Assembly (NCBI GenBank): GCA_021325135.1
Contig: JAJPHT010000020.1
Span: forward strand, 32,001-96,000
DNA from: Pseudomonadota bacterium
GTDB taxonomy: Archaea > Thermoplasmatota > SW-10-69-26 > JACQPN01 > JAJPHT01
Reading direction: 5' to 3'
Length of the DNA: 64,000 bases
Shown piece after piece: positions 1 through 9,727 of this stretch; the first letter of the stretch is position 1; every line of letters starts with the position of its first letter. The position numbers and the translations under genes were made by a program. The notes beneath the pieces were generated by a model. The model saw only the letters and a program-made list of their open reading frames with translations. It was not told where the DNA came from and searched no databases.

Positions 1-2
1 GG

Positions 3-989
3 GTCATGCGCGCGCTGGAGGACGCGAACCGCGACCACGTCCTGGCCTACGGCGACGACCCATACACCGAGGCGGCGCGGCGGCGCTTCAAGCAGGTCCT
101 CGGCGAGCACGCCGAGGCGTTCTTCGTCTTCAACGGCACGGCAGCCAACGTGCTGGGCCTCGCGTCGCTGGTGAAGCCGTACCACGCGGTGATCACCAGC
201 GAGTGGGCGCACGTCGCGCAGGACGAGTGCGGAGCCCCCGAGAAGCACCTGGGCACGAAGCTCCTCCTCGTGGCCGCGCCGGATGGCAAGCTGACGCCCG
301 AGCGCGTGGCGCCCCACGTCAAGGGCCTGGGCGACCAGCACCACGTCCAGCCGCGCGTCGTCTCCATCACGCAGAGCACCGAGCTTGGCACCGTCTACAC
401 GCCCGCCGAGGTGCGCGCGCTGGCGGACTACTGCCACGCGCGGGGCATGTTCCTCCACGTGGACGGCGCGCGCATCGCCAACGCCGCCGCGGCGCTGGGC
501 GTCGAGCTGCGGGCCATCACCACCGACGCGGGCGTGGACGTGCTCAGCTTCGGGGGCACCAAGAACGGGCTCATGTTCGGCGAGGCCGTCGTGCTCCTGC
601 GCGCGGGGCTCGCGGACGACTTCCGCTTCCTGCGCAAGCAGGGCATGCAGCTGGCCAGCAAGATGCGCTTCGTCGCCGCGCAGTTCGACGCGCTCCTCCA
701 GGACGACCTGTGGCGCAAGAGCGCGGAGCACGCGAACCGCATGGCGAAGCTCCTCGCCGCCGAGACCACCAAGGTCCCCGGCGTCAAGCTCGCGCGCCCC
801 GTGGAGGCCAACGCGGCCTTCCCCCTCCTGCCCGCCCGCGTCGCCGAGGCGCTCCAGAAGGACTGGCTCTTCTACCCGTGGGACCCCGCGCGCGGCGAGT
901 ACCGCTGGGTCTGCTCCTTCGACACCACCGAGGCCGACGTCAAGGCGTTCGTGGCGGCGCTGCGCGACGCGATGGCGAAGCACGGGTGA
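3..989 (+). CDS. ltaE: Low-specificity L-threonine aldolase (PLP-dependent), 5' end truncated by window edge
   Basis: AYGDD, FVFNGTAAN, DECGAPE, HVDGARIAN and the PLP-lysine motif SFGGTKNG; frame open to window start. Confidence 0.9.
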   Translation, partial: VMRALEDANRDHVLAYGDDPYTEAARRRFKQVLGEHAEAFFVFNGTAANVLGLASLVKPYHAVITSEWAHVAQDECGAPEKHLGTKLLLVAAPDGKLTPERVAPHVKGLGDQHHVQPRVVSITQSTELGTVYTPAEVRALADYCHARGMFLHVDGARIANAAAALGVELRAITTDAGVDVLSFGGTKNGLMFGEAVVLLRAGLADDFRFLRKQGMQLASKMRFVAAQFDALLQDDLWRKSAEHANRMAKLLAAETTKVPGVKLARPVEANAAFPLLPARVAEALQKDWLFYPWDPARGEYRWVCSFDTTEADVKAFVAALRDAMAKHG

Positions 990-1007
990 TGGTCGCTCTC
1001 CCGGTCG

Positions 1008-1093
1008 CCTCCGGCGAGGGGAATCCCCGAATCTCCGAATCTCAGAATCACCCTCGGCGATCCGGCGATTCGGGGCGTTTCCCTCGCCGGAGG
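1008..1093. repeat. Intergenic hairpin element built of 8-bp GAATCTCC-like units
   Basis: Perfect 13-bp outer stem CCTCCGGCGAGGG (1008-1020) / CCCTCGCCGGAGG (1081-1093); four GAATC(Y/A)CM units (1021-1052) face inverted GGCGATYC units. Confidence 0.85.
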
Positions 1094-1146
1094 AGCGGGG
1101 ATCGCCGCAAGGGTGAAGTGCGAAGCCCGGCCTGGCCCGACGCAGC

Positions 1147-1839
1147 ATGAGCCGCAAGTGGCTGCGCGAGCGCAGCAAGGACTTCTGGTACAAGCTCGCC
1201 AAGAAGGAGGGGTGGCGCACCCGGGCGAGCTTCAAGCTCATGCAGCTGGACGAGAAGTTCGAGCTTCTCTTCGAGGGCGCGCGGGTGGTGGACCTGGGCG
1301 CAGCCCCTGGCGGCTGGAGCCAGGTCGCGGTGGAGCTGGTCGGCCCCGAGGGGAAGGTCGTGGGCGTGGACCTCGACCGCATCGAGCCCATGGAGGGCGT
1401 CACCTTCCTGCGCGGCGACATGACGGACCCCGAGACGGTCTCCCGCGTCATGGAGGCCTGCGGCGGCGTGGCCGACGTGGTCATCAGCGACATGAGCCCC
1501 AACATCAGCGGCGCCTACGCCACGGACCACGCGCGCAGCATCCACCTCTGCGAGATGGCCCTGGAGTTCGCCGGCAAGGTGCTCGTGCGCGACGGCGCGT
1601 TCGTCTGCAAGGTCTTCGAAGGCGACATGTTCCACGACCTCCTGGGCAAGGTGCGCGCCCAGTTCGCGGACGTGAAGGTCGCGAACCCCGCCGCGTCGCG
1701 CTCCGCCAGCAGCGAGGTCTACGTCGTCGCGCAGGGCTTCCGCGGCCCCGGCCGGTACCCGCCCCTGGCGAAGCCCAAGGAGTGGCAGGAAGGGGACGAG
1801 CTTCCCCCCAGCCGCAAGGAGCGGAGGAAGCCGGAGTGA
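1147..1839 (+). CDS. rlmE: 23S rRNA U2552 2'-O-methyltransferase RlmE/FtsJ
   Basis: RASFKL, VVDLGAAPGGWSQ, VISDMSPN, KVFEG, SRSASSEVY (K-D-K-E tetrad). Confidence 0.95.
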   Translation: MSRKWLRERSKDFWYKLAKKEGWRTRASFKLMQLDEKFELLFEGARVVDLGAAPGGWSQVAVELVGPEGKVVGVDLDRIEPMEGVTFLRGDMTDPETVSRVMEACGGVADVVISDMSPNISGAYATDHARSIHLCEMALEFAGKVLVRDGAFVCKVFEGDMFHDLLGKVRAQFADVKVANPAASRSASSEVYVVAQGFRGPGRYPPLAKPKEWQEGDELPPSRKERRKPE

Positions 1840-2735
1840 GGACCCTCCGCGTCCGCGTCGGCCATTCTCCCGATTCGGCCGAAGCTGCGGCCTCGGCCTC
1901 TCGTGAGCATGGCCTCCGCGTCCGCGTCGGCCATTCTCCCGATCCGGACGACGCCTTCATGGTGTGGGCCCTGCACGCCGGCCTCGTCCGCGAGGATGAT
2001 ATCACCATCGAGCTTGTCCCCAAGGACATCGAGTCCCTGAACCAGATGGCGCTGCGCGGCGAGGGGCCCGAGGCCAGCGCGCTCTCCATGGCGACGTTCG
2101 CCCGCGTCGCGGACACCCACTGGCTCCTGCCCCACGGCGCGTCGTTCGGCGACGGGTACGGGCCCATCGTGGTCGCGCGGGAGGACGTGGACCTGCGGCG
2201 CGTCGCTATCGCGGCGCCCGGCGAGGGCACCACCGCCTACGCGACGCTGAGGATGGCGCTTCCCGGCGCGCGCTGCGTGCAGATGCCCTTCGACGAGATT
2301 CTCCCCGCCGTGCAGCAGGGCAAGGCCGAGGCGGGCCTGCTCATCCACGAGGGGCAGATCACCTGGCAGCGCGAGGGCGTGCGCAGGCTCCTGGACCTGG
2401 GCGTGTGGTGGAAGGGCGAGACGGGCCTCCCCCTGCCGCTGGGCATCAACGCGCTGCGCAAGGACCTGGGCCCTACGCTGGGCGCGCGCGTGAACCGGCT
2501 CCTCGCGCGCAGCGTCGAGGCGGGGCTCGCGCATCGCGCGGAGGCCCTGGAGTACGCACGCGGCTTCGGGCGTGGCCTCCCCACGCAGGACGCCGACACG
2601 TTCGTCTCCATGTACGTCAACGCGCTGACGCGCGACATGGGCGAGCGCGGCCGCGCCGCGGTGGCCGAATGGCTGCGCCGGGCCGCGGACGCGGGGCTCG
2701 TGCCTCGCGGGGCGCGGGTCGAGATGGCTCCTTGA
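1836..2735 (+). CDS. mqnD: 1,4-dihydroxy-6-naphthoate synthase MqnD, with duplicated N-terminal segment
   Basis: GHSPDPDDAFM, DIESLN, GASFGDGYGP, LLIHEGQ, DLGVWW-ETGLPLPLG, MYVN; GTG start overlaps the rlmE stop (GTGA). Confidence 0.9.
   Translation: MRTLRVRVGHSPDSAEAAASASREHGLRVRVGHSPDPDDAFMVWALHAGLVREDDITIELVPKDIESLNQMALRGEGPEASALSMATFARVADTHWLLPHGASFGDGYGPIVVAREDVDLRRVAIAAPGEGTTAYATLRMALPGARCVQMPFDEILPAVQQGKAEAGLLIHEGQITWQREGVRRLLDLGVWWKGETGLPLPLGINALRKDLGPTLGARVNRLLARSVEAGLAHRAEALEYARGFGRGLPTQDADTFVSMYVNALTRDMGERGRAAVAEWLRRAADAGLVPRGARVEMAP
1844..1943 (+). repeat. 31-bp direct repeat (offset 69 bp) inside the mqnD 5' end
   Basis: CCTCCGCGTCCGCGTCGGCCATTCTCCCGAT at 1844-1874 and 1913-1943; spacer contains hairpin GGCCGAAGC-TGCG-GCCTCGGCC. 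Confidence 0.95.
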
Positions 2736-2755
2736 GCGTTCGCGACTGGCGCGAT

Positions 2756-2787
2756 CTCCTTCGTCACCACGCAACGCGACGAAGGGG
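2756..2787. terminator. Stem-loop between convergent genes
   Basis: CTCCTTCGTC...GACGAAGGGG between the mqnD and ABC ATPase stops. Confidence 0.45.
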
Positions 2788-2807
2788 CATCCACAGAACG
2801 GGAGCGC

Positions 2808-3575
2808 CTAGGCCCCGCGCTCCTCGCGCACGATGCGCCCCGACTCCATGTGCACGGTGCGGTCGCACAGCGACGCGACGTGCGGGTCGTGCGTCACGAC
2901 GACGTAGGTCTGCCCGCGCTCGCGGTTGAGGCCGCGCATGAGGGCGAACACCTCGCGGCCGGTGGCGGTGTCGAGGTTGCCCGTGGGCTCGTCGGCCCAG
3001 ACGATGGCGGGGTCGTTCACCAGCGAGCGCGCGATGGCGACGCGCTGCTGCTGGCCGCCCGACAATTCCGCGGGGCGGTGGTCCGCGCGCTCCGCGATGC
3101 CCACGGCGGCCAGCGCGCCGAGGGCCTTGCTGCGCGCCTCCTCGGGGGCGAGCCCTGCCACGAGGAGGGGCACCTCGACGTTCTCGATGGCCGTGAGCAC
3201 GGGGAGGAGGTTGAACGCCTGGAAGACGAAGCCCATGCGCTTCGCGCGCTGGAGCGTGCGCGAGCGCTCGGAGCGCGCCGCGAGGGCGACGCCCTCGATC
3301 TCCACCGTGCCGCCGTCGATGGCGTCGAGGCCGGCGAGGCAGTTGAGGAGCGTCGTCTTGCCGCAGCCGGAGGGGCCCATGATGGCCAGCATCTCGCCGC
3401 GCGCGACGTCGAGGTCCACGCCCTGGAGCGCCGGCGTCTCGACGCCCTCGCCCCGGTAGACCTTGGTCACGCCACGCGCGCGCACGATGGGCGCCGCGGG
3501 GTCGGGCGCGGGCTCGGGGGCGGCGGGCGCGCGGCGCAGGCGCAGGGGCACGCACGCGCATGGAGCCCGTGCCAT
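2808..3575 (-). CDS. ABC transporter ATP-binding protein (LolD/MacB type)
   Basis: Walker [45 protein letters not shown]; start uncertain (3575 or GTG 3551). Confidence 0.93.
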   Translation of the reverse strand: MARAPCACVPLRLRRAPAAPEPAPDPAAPIVRARGVTKVYRGEGVETPALQGVDLDVARGEMLAIMGPSGCGKTTLLNCLAGLDAIDGGTVEIEGVALAARSERSRTLQRAKRMGFVFQAFNLLPVLTAIENVEVPLLVAGLAPEEARSKALGALAAVGIAERADHRPAELSGGQQQRVAIARSLVNDPAIVWADEPTGNLDTATGREVFALMRGLNRERGQTYVVVTHDPHVASLCDRTVHMESGRIVREERGA

Positions 3576-3623
3576 AAAGGCCGCCGCCACAAGCTTGATG
3601 GCCGATCCTTCGGCTCGCCGCGC

Positions 3624-6600
3624 GTGGCGCGCCTCGGGCTCGCGGCCAAGCTCGCGCGGCGCAACCTGCTGCGCCGCCGCGCGCAGACCGCCATCGTCCT
3701 CGCCGGGCTCTTGGTGGGCACCGCCGTCGTCGCGGCCTCGCTCTCCGTGGCGGACAGCCTCCGCTACGGCATCCGCCGCTCCACCTTCGACGGGCTGGGC
3801 CCCGCCGACGAGTTCGTCCAGCTTGCGGGCCAGCGCTACTTCCCCGCCGGCGTCTACGACGCGCTGAAGAACGACAGCGCGCTGCGCGGCGCGACGCGCG
3901 GGCTCTCGCCGGTGGTGATCGACTCGGGGAGCGTCCGCGACGCGCGCACCCGCGAGACCGAGCCCGCCGTGGGCATCGCGGGCTTCGACCCCGCCGCGGA
4001 CCGCCCCTTCGGCCTCTTCACGCTCCAGGACGGGCGCCGCACGGACGGCGGCGAGCTTGGGCCGCAGGACGCGTACCTCGCGGAGGACGTCGCGGCGCGC
4101 CTCGACGCGAAGCCGGGCGACACGCTGGTGGTGGGCGTGCAGCGCGCGGGGTTGCCGCTCTCCGACGTGGTGTTCAGCATCCACGGCAACATCTCGGGCG
4201 TGGGCGGCGGCTGCGTCTCGCCCCCGGTGCCTGTTCCCGTCGTCCCCGGCGCGCCCCCCGTGCCGCCCGTCCCGTGCGCCTACACGCCCGACCCGGTGGA
4301 CAACGTCACGTACACGATCCCCGTGGGGCGCGGCGCCGCGCTGCTCACCGTGCTGCTGGAGCCCATCGGAGCCGAGGACTCGCCGACCCGGCCCGATCTG
4401 GATATCATCGCGACCTCGCCCAGCGGCAACCGCACCGAGGCGACGCAGGGGCTTCCCGGCGCGCCCAGCGACCCCGCCGTGCTCCGCATCGAAGGGAATC
4501 GATATCTCGAGCGCGGCGACTGGACGATCCAGGTCACGACCAAGGGGGGCGCGGAGGGCAAGTTCAACGGCGGCATCTTCGTCTCCTACGCGCAGTACGA
4601 CGCCACCGGGCAGGGCGCGGGCGCCGGGGAGACGGTCATCGGCGACGCGGACGCCTCGGCCTACCTCGCGGTGGGCGCCAGCGCCGCGGCGCACGAGAAC
4701 GTCACGCTCAAGGGCATCGTCAAGCGCGAGGGCAAGGGGCAGTTCCTCGGCACGACGGGCCTCTTTCTCAACCTCCCCGGCGCGCAGGCTCTCGTGGGGC
4801 AGCCCGGGCAGGTCAACGCCGTGAAGATGAGCAACGACGGCAGCGTCGAGACGGGCTGGCAGCGCGGCGCCGCCGCGACCGCTGCCGCCACGCGCGTCCT
4901 GGACGCGCAGCGCGCCGCGCACCCGGACGACCCCGTGTACGACCACCTCGCGCCCGCGCCCGTGAAGGCGCTGGGCCTCGCGGGCGCGGAGCAGGAGAGC
5001 AGGTTCTACCGCGACTTCCTCGCCGCCGTCTCCACGCTCACCGTCATCGCGGGCGTGCTGCTGGTGGTCAACGTCTTCGTGCTCCTCGCGCAGGAGCGCC
5101 AGCGCGAGCTTGGCGCCGCGCGCGCCATCGGCCTCTCGCGCGCCGACGTCGTCGCCTCCTTCGTCGTCGAAGGCGCGATCCTCGCCGCCCTCGCCGCGGT
5201 GGGCGGCGTGCTCGTGGGCCTCGTCGGCGCCGCGGGCGTCCTCTTCGGCTTCGACTTCATCCTCAGCGCCGTGGGCACGGGGCTGGGCACGTTCGTTCTC
5301 CATCCCGAGCCCGCGAGCCTCGCCCTCGCGGCGGGGCTCGGCTTCGTCGTGACGCTGGCCGCGGCCGCAGGGGCGTCGTACCGCATCGGCGGCATGAACG
5401 TCGTGCGCGCCCTGCGCGGCCTGGAGGACGACCCCGCCCACCGGCGCGGCGCATGGGCCGGCGCGGCTGCGCTCGTCCTCCTGGCCGTCGTCTCGCTCCT
5501 CCTGGGCCCCTTCGCCGCATGGGCCTTTGCGCCCCCCCTCCTCACGGGCGCCGCCGCGGCGCTCCTCGCGCGCCGTCGCTGGGCCCCGCCGCTGGCGGGG
5601 CTCCTTCTCGTGGCGGAGGGCGGGCTTGCCATCTTCCTCCTCACGCCGCCCGCGGACGCCGTGGGCCGCGTCCTGGGCGTCCTGCGCGGCGTGCCCGTCG
5701 CGCTGGGCCTGACGCTCCTGGCCCTGGGCGCGCCCGCCCTCGCGCGCGGCGCGGAGCGATTGCTATCACGCGTGCGCGCGCTGCGGCCCACCGCGCCCCT
5801 CGCGGTGCGCTATCCCCTCCGCCGCCGCGGGCAGACGGGGCTCACGGTCACGATGTTCGCCTTCGTGACGCTGATCCTCGTCTTCTTCAGCATCTTCGGC
5901 ACGACCTTCGCGCTGGACATCGCGGGCGAGACGGGCGGCTACGACGTGTACGCCACCACCGACGCGCCCTACAGCGACCTGCGCTACGCCTACGACCAGC
6001 AGCCCCCCGGCGCGCGCGACGCCTACGCCCTGGCCAACGTCACCTCGCAGGACCCGCTCCTCGTCGCCACCGTCGCGGGCGGGAGCCTCCTCACGCTGGA
6101 CGGCGCGCGGCCGCACTACAAGGGCGCGCCCGTGGACCGCGTCTTCGCCTCGCTGCCCAGCTTCCCCAAGCGCGAGCAGTTCGCCTTCGCCGAGCTCGAC
6201 CCCGCCTACCCCAACGGCAGCGCCGCCTTCGAGGCCCTCCTCAAGGACCCCACCCTCGCCATCGTCAGCGTCGCATACACGCTCGACGAGACGGGCAACC
6301 CCGGCGCGCACCACGTCGGCGCGGACCTCACGCTCCACTTGGCCACGGGCGACAAGCATCTGCGCGTCATCGGCGTCATGAAGGAGCTCTACCTGGGCGG
6401 CGTGTGGGTGAATCCCCTGGTGCTGCGCACGGGCTTCCAGCAGGTCAGCGGCGGCTACCTCCTCAAGGCCGCGCCGGGCCACGAGCCCGCAGCCGTCGCG
6501 CGGCAGCTGGAGCGCAGCTTCGACGGCACGGGCCTCCACGCGGTCGACCTGCGCACCGAGGCGGGCGTCGTCCTGGAGGAGAACGAGCAGTTCCTCCGCA

Positions 6601-6992
6601 TGTTCCAGATGTTCCTGGGCTTCGGCCTCCTCGTGGGCATCGCGTCGCTGGCGGTCGTCTCCGCGCGCAGCGTGCTGGAGCGCCGCGCCCACATCGGCGT
6701 GCTGCGCGCGCTGGGCCACACGCGCCTCTCCATCCTCACGTGGCTCCTGGGCGAGTCGCTCCTGGTCACCATCCTGGGCACGCTCGTGGGCGTCGCCGCC
6801 GGCTCGCTCCTCGCCTTCGGCGTGTGGTTCACCACCGTGCGCCCCGTCATGGCGGTGCCCTTCGCGTACTCGTACATCGTGATCCCGGTGATCCTCCTCA
6901 TCACGTGGGGCTGCGCGCTGGCGGCCGTCTTCCTCCCGGGATTCCTCGCGACTCGGGCCACGCCCGCCGAGATGGTGCGGCGCGTCGATTGA
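3624..6992 (+). CDS. Double-FtsX (MacB-like) ABC permease with large extracytoplasmic domains
   Basis: RNLLRRR N-terminus; two FtsX motifs ([26 protein letters not shown]); multiple TM blocks; PPC-like insert in the first ectodomain. Confidence 0.88.
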   Translation: MARLGLAAKLARRNLLRRRAQTAIVLAGLLVGTAVVAASLSVADSLRYGIRRSTFDGLGPADEFVQLAGQRYFPAGVYDALKNDSALRGATRGLSPVVIDSGSVRDARTRETEPAVGIAGFDPAADRPFGLFTLQDGRRTDGGELGPQDAYLAEDVAARLDAKPGDTLVVGVQRAGLPLSDVVFSIHGNISGVGGGCVSPPVPVPVVPGAPPVPPVPCAYTPDPVDNVTYTIPVGRGAALLTVLLEPIGAEDSPTRPDLDIIATSPSGNRTEATQGLPGAPSDPAVLRIEGNRYLERGDWTIQVTTKGGAEGKFNGGIFVSYAQYDATGQGAGAGETVIGDADASAYLAVGASAAAHENVTLKGIVKREGKGQFLGTTGLFLNLPGAQALVGQPGQVNAVKMSNDGSVETGWQRGAAATAAATRVLDAQRAAHPDDPVYDHLAPAPVKALGLAGAEQESRFYRDFLAAVSTLTVIAGVLLVVNVFVLLAQERQRELGAARAIGLSRADVVASFVVEGAILAALAAVGGVLVGLVGAAGVLFGFDFILSAVGTGLGTFVLHPEPASLALAAGLGFVVTLAAAAGASYRIGGMNVVRALRGLEDDPAHRRGAWAGAAALVLLAVVSLLLGPFAAWAFAPPLLTGAAAALLARRRWAPPLAGLLLVAEGGLAIFLLTPPADAVGRVLGVLRGVPVALGLTLLALGAPALARGAERLLSRVRALRPTAPLAVRYPLRRRGQTGLTVTMFAFVTLILVFFSIFGTTFALDIAGETGGYDVYATTDAPYSDLRYAYDQQPPGARDAYALANVTSQDPLLVATVAGGSLLTLDGARPHYKGAPVDRVFASLPSFPKREQFAFAELDPAYPNGSAAFEALLKDPTLAIVSVAYTLDETGNPGAHHVGADLTLHLATGDKHLRVIGVMKELYLGGVWVNPLVLRTGFQQVSGGYLLKAAPGHEPAAVARQLERSFDGTGLHAVDLRTEAGVVLEENEQFLRMFQMFLGFGLLVGIASLAVVSARSVLERRAHIGVLRALGHTRLSILTWLLGESLLVTILGTLVGVAAGSLLAFGVWFTTVRPVMAVPFAYSYIVIPVILLITWGCALAAVFLPGFLATRATPAEMVRRVD

Positions 6993-7014
6993 TTGCTTTT
7001 TTGAAGACCTCCTT

Positions 7015-7055
7015 TTGCCTTCTCGCTGGGGGCTCCGCCCCCAGCGAGAAGGCAA
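7015..7055. repeat. REP-like perfect 19-bp stem-loop after a T-tract
   Basis: TTGCCTTCTCGCTGGGGGC-TCC-GCCCCCAGCGAGAAGGCAA; a T6 run just after the permease stop; GCTCCGCCCC core shared with the 60803-60904 element. Confidence 0.8.
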
Positions 7056-7102
7056 GTCTCGACTGCGGAAACCCTCAAGGGGGCGCACGCCGAGGCGGGG
7101 CG

Positions 7103-7753
7103 GTGCCCGAGCGCCGTCGCGCGACGCGCAGCGTCCTCCCGTGGCTCACGCACCGGAGGATGATCCCCAAGTGGGTGGCGCTCGTGGCGGCGGCCGCGCT
7201 GGCCTTCGCGCGCGGCCCCGCGCCCCACGCGGGCTGGCTCCTCCTCGCGGGGCTCCTGGCGTTCTTCCCCAGCGAGTACCTCGTCCACCGCGGCGTGTTC
7301 CACTTCTTCGCCGACAAGAGGGCGGGCGCCGTCGTCTCGCGCCAGCACGTCGAGCACCACCGGAGGCCCGACGACCTGGACTTCCTCTTCAACAACCCGC
7401 TCATCAGCGTGGGCGTGGGCGTCCTCTACTTCCTCGTCGCGCTGGCGGTCTCGCGCAGCGTGGCGGCCGCGGCGGCGTTCTCCCTGGGCAACTTCGCGGG
7501 GCTCCTCTACTACGAGCACGTCCACTTCACCGCGCACCGCCCCGGGAGCCGGCCGTGGACGCCGTGGAGCCGCCGCATGAAGCGGTTCCACCTCTGGCAC
7601 CACTACAAGCACGAGCGGCTCTGGTTCGGCGTCACCTCGCCCCTCTTCGACCGCGCGTTCGGCTCCGACGCGGACCCCTCCCAGGTGCCCCCCAGCGCCA
7701 CCGTGCGCACCCTGGTCCCCACCGCCGAACAGCAAGAATGGATGCGACGTTGA
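7103..7753 (+). CDS. Fatty acid hydroxylase / sterol desaturase superfamily di-iron membrane enzyme
   Basis: His boxes EYLVHRGVFH, HVEHH, YEHVHFTAH, FHLWHH and FGVTSPLFDRAFG; start GTG 7103 or ATG 7160. Confidence 0.85.
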   Translation: MPERRRATRSVLPWLTHRRMIPKWVALVAAAALAFARGPAPHAGWLLLAGLLAFFPSEYLVHRGVFHFFADKRAGAVVSRQHVEHHRRPDDLDFLFNNPLISVGVGVLYFLVALAVSRSVAAAAAFSLGNFAGLLYYEHVHFTAHRPGSRPWTPWSRRMKRFHLWHHYKHERLWFGVTSPLFDRAFGSDADPSQVPPSATVRTLVPTAEQQEWMRR

Positions 7754-7785
7754 GGCGTGCCACGCGCCAGCGCACAGTTTATCCA

Positions 7786-7968
7786 TTCCATCGCCTTGTG
7801 GGGGCTGCGCGAGGCGCGCCAGCGCGCCCGAAAACCCTCGTTTCCGCTGGACCATCGGCACCCGCGCCATCACCTGGATTTCCACTGGAGCCGGCTCCCG
7901 TTTGTCGCCGGAATCCACACCAGACTTGGGTTTGGGCGCGGCTCCGCTCTCCATCTGAAGCGTGGGGG
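7786..7968. other. Cluster of ORB-like (Orc1/Cdc6 recognition box) motifs; candidate replication origin
   Basis: Minus strand GTCCAGCGGAAACGAGGG (7835-7852) and CTCCAGTGGAAATCCAGGTG (7871-7890); plus strand CTCCATCTGAAGCGTGGGGG (7949-7968); degenerate copies at 7786-7804 and 7895-7913; ~280-bp non-coding gap. Confidence 0.55.
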
Positions 7969-8036
7969 TTGCTCCAGCCGGCCCGCGGCAGGCCGGTCGG
8001 CGCACGTTCAAATCCCCCTCCCGCGCAGCCGGGCGC

Positions 8037-9122
8037 ATGAAGCTCTGGCCCCTGGTCGTGGGCGCCGTGCTCTTCGTCGCGGGCGTCCAGGCCTGGAGCG
8101 CGGCGGCCCTCCTGCGCGACCGCGCCGAGGAGACCTCCCTGGCCACGCAGCTTGCCGCGGAGCGGGCGCGCTCCCACGCGCTGGCGACGGAGGCGGACCG
8201 CGCGGACGCGCAGCTCCAGGCGGCTCGCGCCGAGGCGGGCGCCCTCTCGGGCGCGCTGGCGGGGAACCAGAGCCGCGCGGCGTCGCTCTCCACCGATCTC
8301 GCTGCGCTGGGGCGCGAGCGCGACGCGGCCCTTGCCCAGGTGAACGCGACCGAGGCGGAGCTGGCCGACGCCAAGGGCGGCATCTTCGACCGGCAGCAGC
8401 TCCTGGGCGAGCTTCAGGCGCAGCGGGCGGACTACGCGGCCCTCGACGCGCGATATCAATCGGCGCTCGATGGCGCGTTCCCGACGCTGGCGAGCATCCA
8501 GGCGGGGAACGTGACGTGGCGCTTCGTGGACGCCGAGGGCGTCGCGCATGCGTGGCGCTACCCCCTGGAGGACTACCAGGCCTACGCGCAGCGGGCGCGG
8601 CCCGACGCGGTGGTCGCCATGCGCACGGCGGACGGGACGATCCTCACGGCGGCGGACCCGCGCCCCTACGTCACGCCCTCGTTCTTCGCCTCCGACATCG
8701 GGGACCTCACCCGGGGGAAGACCGACCGGGAGTTCGTGCGCGACGCGTTCGCGGTGAAGGGCCAGCTGGTGGTCTACGGCTTCGCGCTGGCGGACCAGGA
8801 GGGGCACGCGTACAAGTATCCCGCCGAGACGCTGACCGAGGGGTCGGGCCTCTGCGGCGACACCACCATCCTCCTGGCGAGCCTGCTCCTGGCGGGCGAG
8901 GCGCAGGCCCACTACGGGCTCAGGCTCAAGGTGTGGATCGTGGACGTGGACCCCGAGCGCGCGGTCACGATCGCGGACCCCGAGACGGTGAACCACGCGC
9001 TCCTGGAGGTGGACTTCCGCGACGGCGAGACGTGGGACCTGGAGACCACCACCGCGGGGCTCTACCGGTATCCGGAGGTCCACGGGTGGAGCTTCGACGT
9101 CGAGCCGCCCGCCGGGGCGTGA
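8037..9122 (+). CDS. Membrane-anchored coiled-coil protein with C-terminal transglutaminase-like domain
   Basis: N-terminal TM, ~130-aa heptad-rich helix, then YPAETL-EGSGLCGDTT, NHA, DLETT (Cys-His-Asp type). Confidence 0.7.
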   Translation: MKLWPLVVGAVLFVAGVQAWSAAALLRDRAEETSLATQLAAERARSHALATEADRADAQLQAARAEAGALSGALAGNQSRAASLSTDLAALGRERDAALAQVNATEAELADAKGGIFDRQQLLGELQAQRADYAALDARYQSALDGAFPTLASIQAGNVTWRFVDAEGVAHAWRYPLEDYQAYAQRARPDAVVAMRTADGTILTAADPRPYVTPSFFASDIGDLTRGKTDREFVRDAFAVKGQLVVYGFALADQEGHAYKYPAETLTEGSGLCGDTTILLASLLLAGEAQAHYGLRLKVWIVDVDPERAVTIADPETVNHALLEVDFRDGETWDLETTTAGLYRYPEVHGWSFDVEPPAGA

Positions 9123-9173
9123 CCGCCGGCAAAGGCACCAGGTCCATAAACCCGCGCGCCCTGCTCGAGAGGC

Positions 9174-9386
9174 ATGCCTCCCGGGAAGACCACGGAGAAG
9201 TCGTACACCATGAAGCACGCGCTGTCGGACGCGGCGGCCATGCTCAAGGAGCAGTTCGGGAAGGACCCCGACCAGCAGGCGACCGTCGCGCTGGCGACCT
9301 TCCTCTACACGGCGCACGAGCGCGAGGAGTTCCTCAAGAACCGCCCCGAGGCGGACGGCACGGCGTATGGCGCGCCCGTGCGTTGA
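9174..9386 (+). CDS. Small hypothetical protein
   Basis: Host-like codon usage; CCATAAAC TATA-like box ~25 bp upstream. Confidence 0.65.
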   Translation: MPPGKTTEKSYTMKHALSDAAAMLKEQFGKDPDQQATVALATFLYTAHEREEFLKNRPEADGTAYGAPVR

Positions 9387-9389
9387 GCC

Positions 9390-9623
9390 TCACAGCGGGG
9401 GGCCGATGAACTCCACGCAGTGCTCGTAGCCCGCGACGCCGAAGACGGTCGCGCAGAAGTCGTTGACGTTGCCGTAGTCCAGCGTCGCGCACTCGTAGGG
9501 CATGGGGTTGATGAACGCCAGGTAGCGGGTGGGCGTGCAGGCCGTCTTGGTGACGCGGGCCGACGCGGCGGGGATCGCCAGGAGGGCGACGAGCAGGAGG
9601 CTGAGCAGGAGGGTGCGTCGCAT
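9390..9623 (-). CDS. Small secreted protein with 4 Cys
   Basis: Signal peptide MRRTLLLSLLLVALLAIPAASA; ~55-aa mature part with 4 Cys. Confidence 0.7.
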   Translation of the reverse strand: MRRTLLLSLLLVALLAIPAASARVTKTACTPTRYLAFINPMPYECATLDYGNVNDFCATVFGVAGYEHCVEFIGPPL

Positions 9624-9727
9624 GGGGACCGCGCCTGCGACCGGCGCGGAAGGGGAAGGCCCTTTCGCGGGCGCACCCGGGGGGACACGAGGGAAAGCCC
9701 TAAGCCGGCGGCCGGGCTCGCGGGCGC

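Noticed and set aside
1113-2735. 540-aa ORF suggesting a long N-terminal extension of MqnD
   Set aside because: The upstream part overlaps rlmE in another frame; the GTG at 1836, coupled to the rlmE stop, is the plausible start.
7754-8036. tRNA, SRP RNA or RNase P RNA in the intergenic gap
   Set aside because: No cloverleaf/T-loop or hallmark motifs found; ORB-like boxes explain the pattern better.
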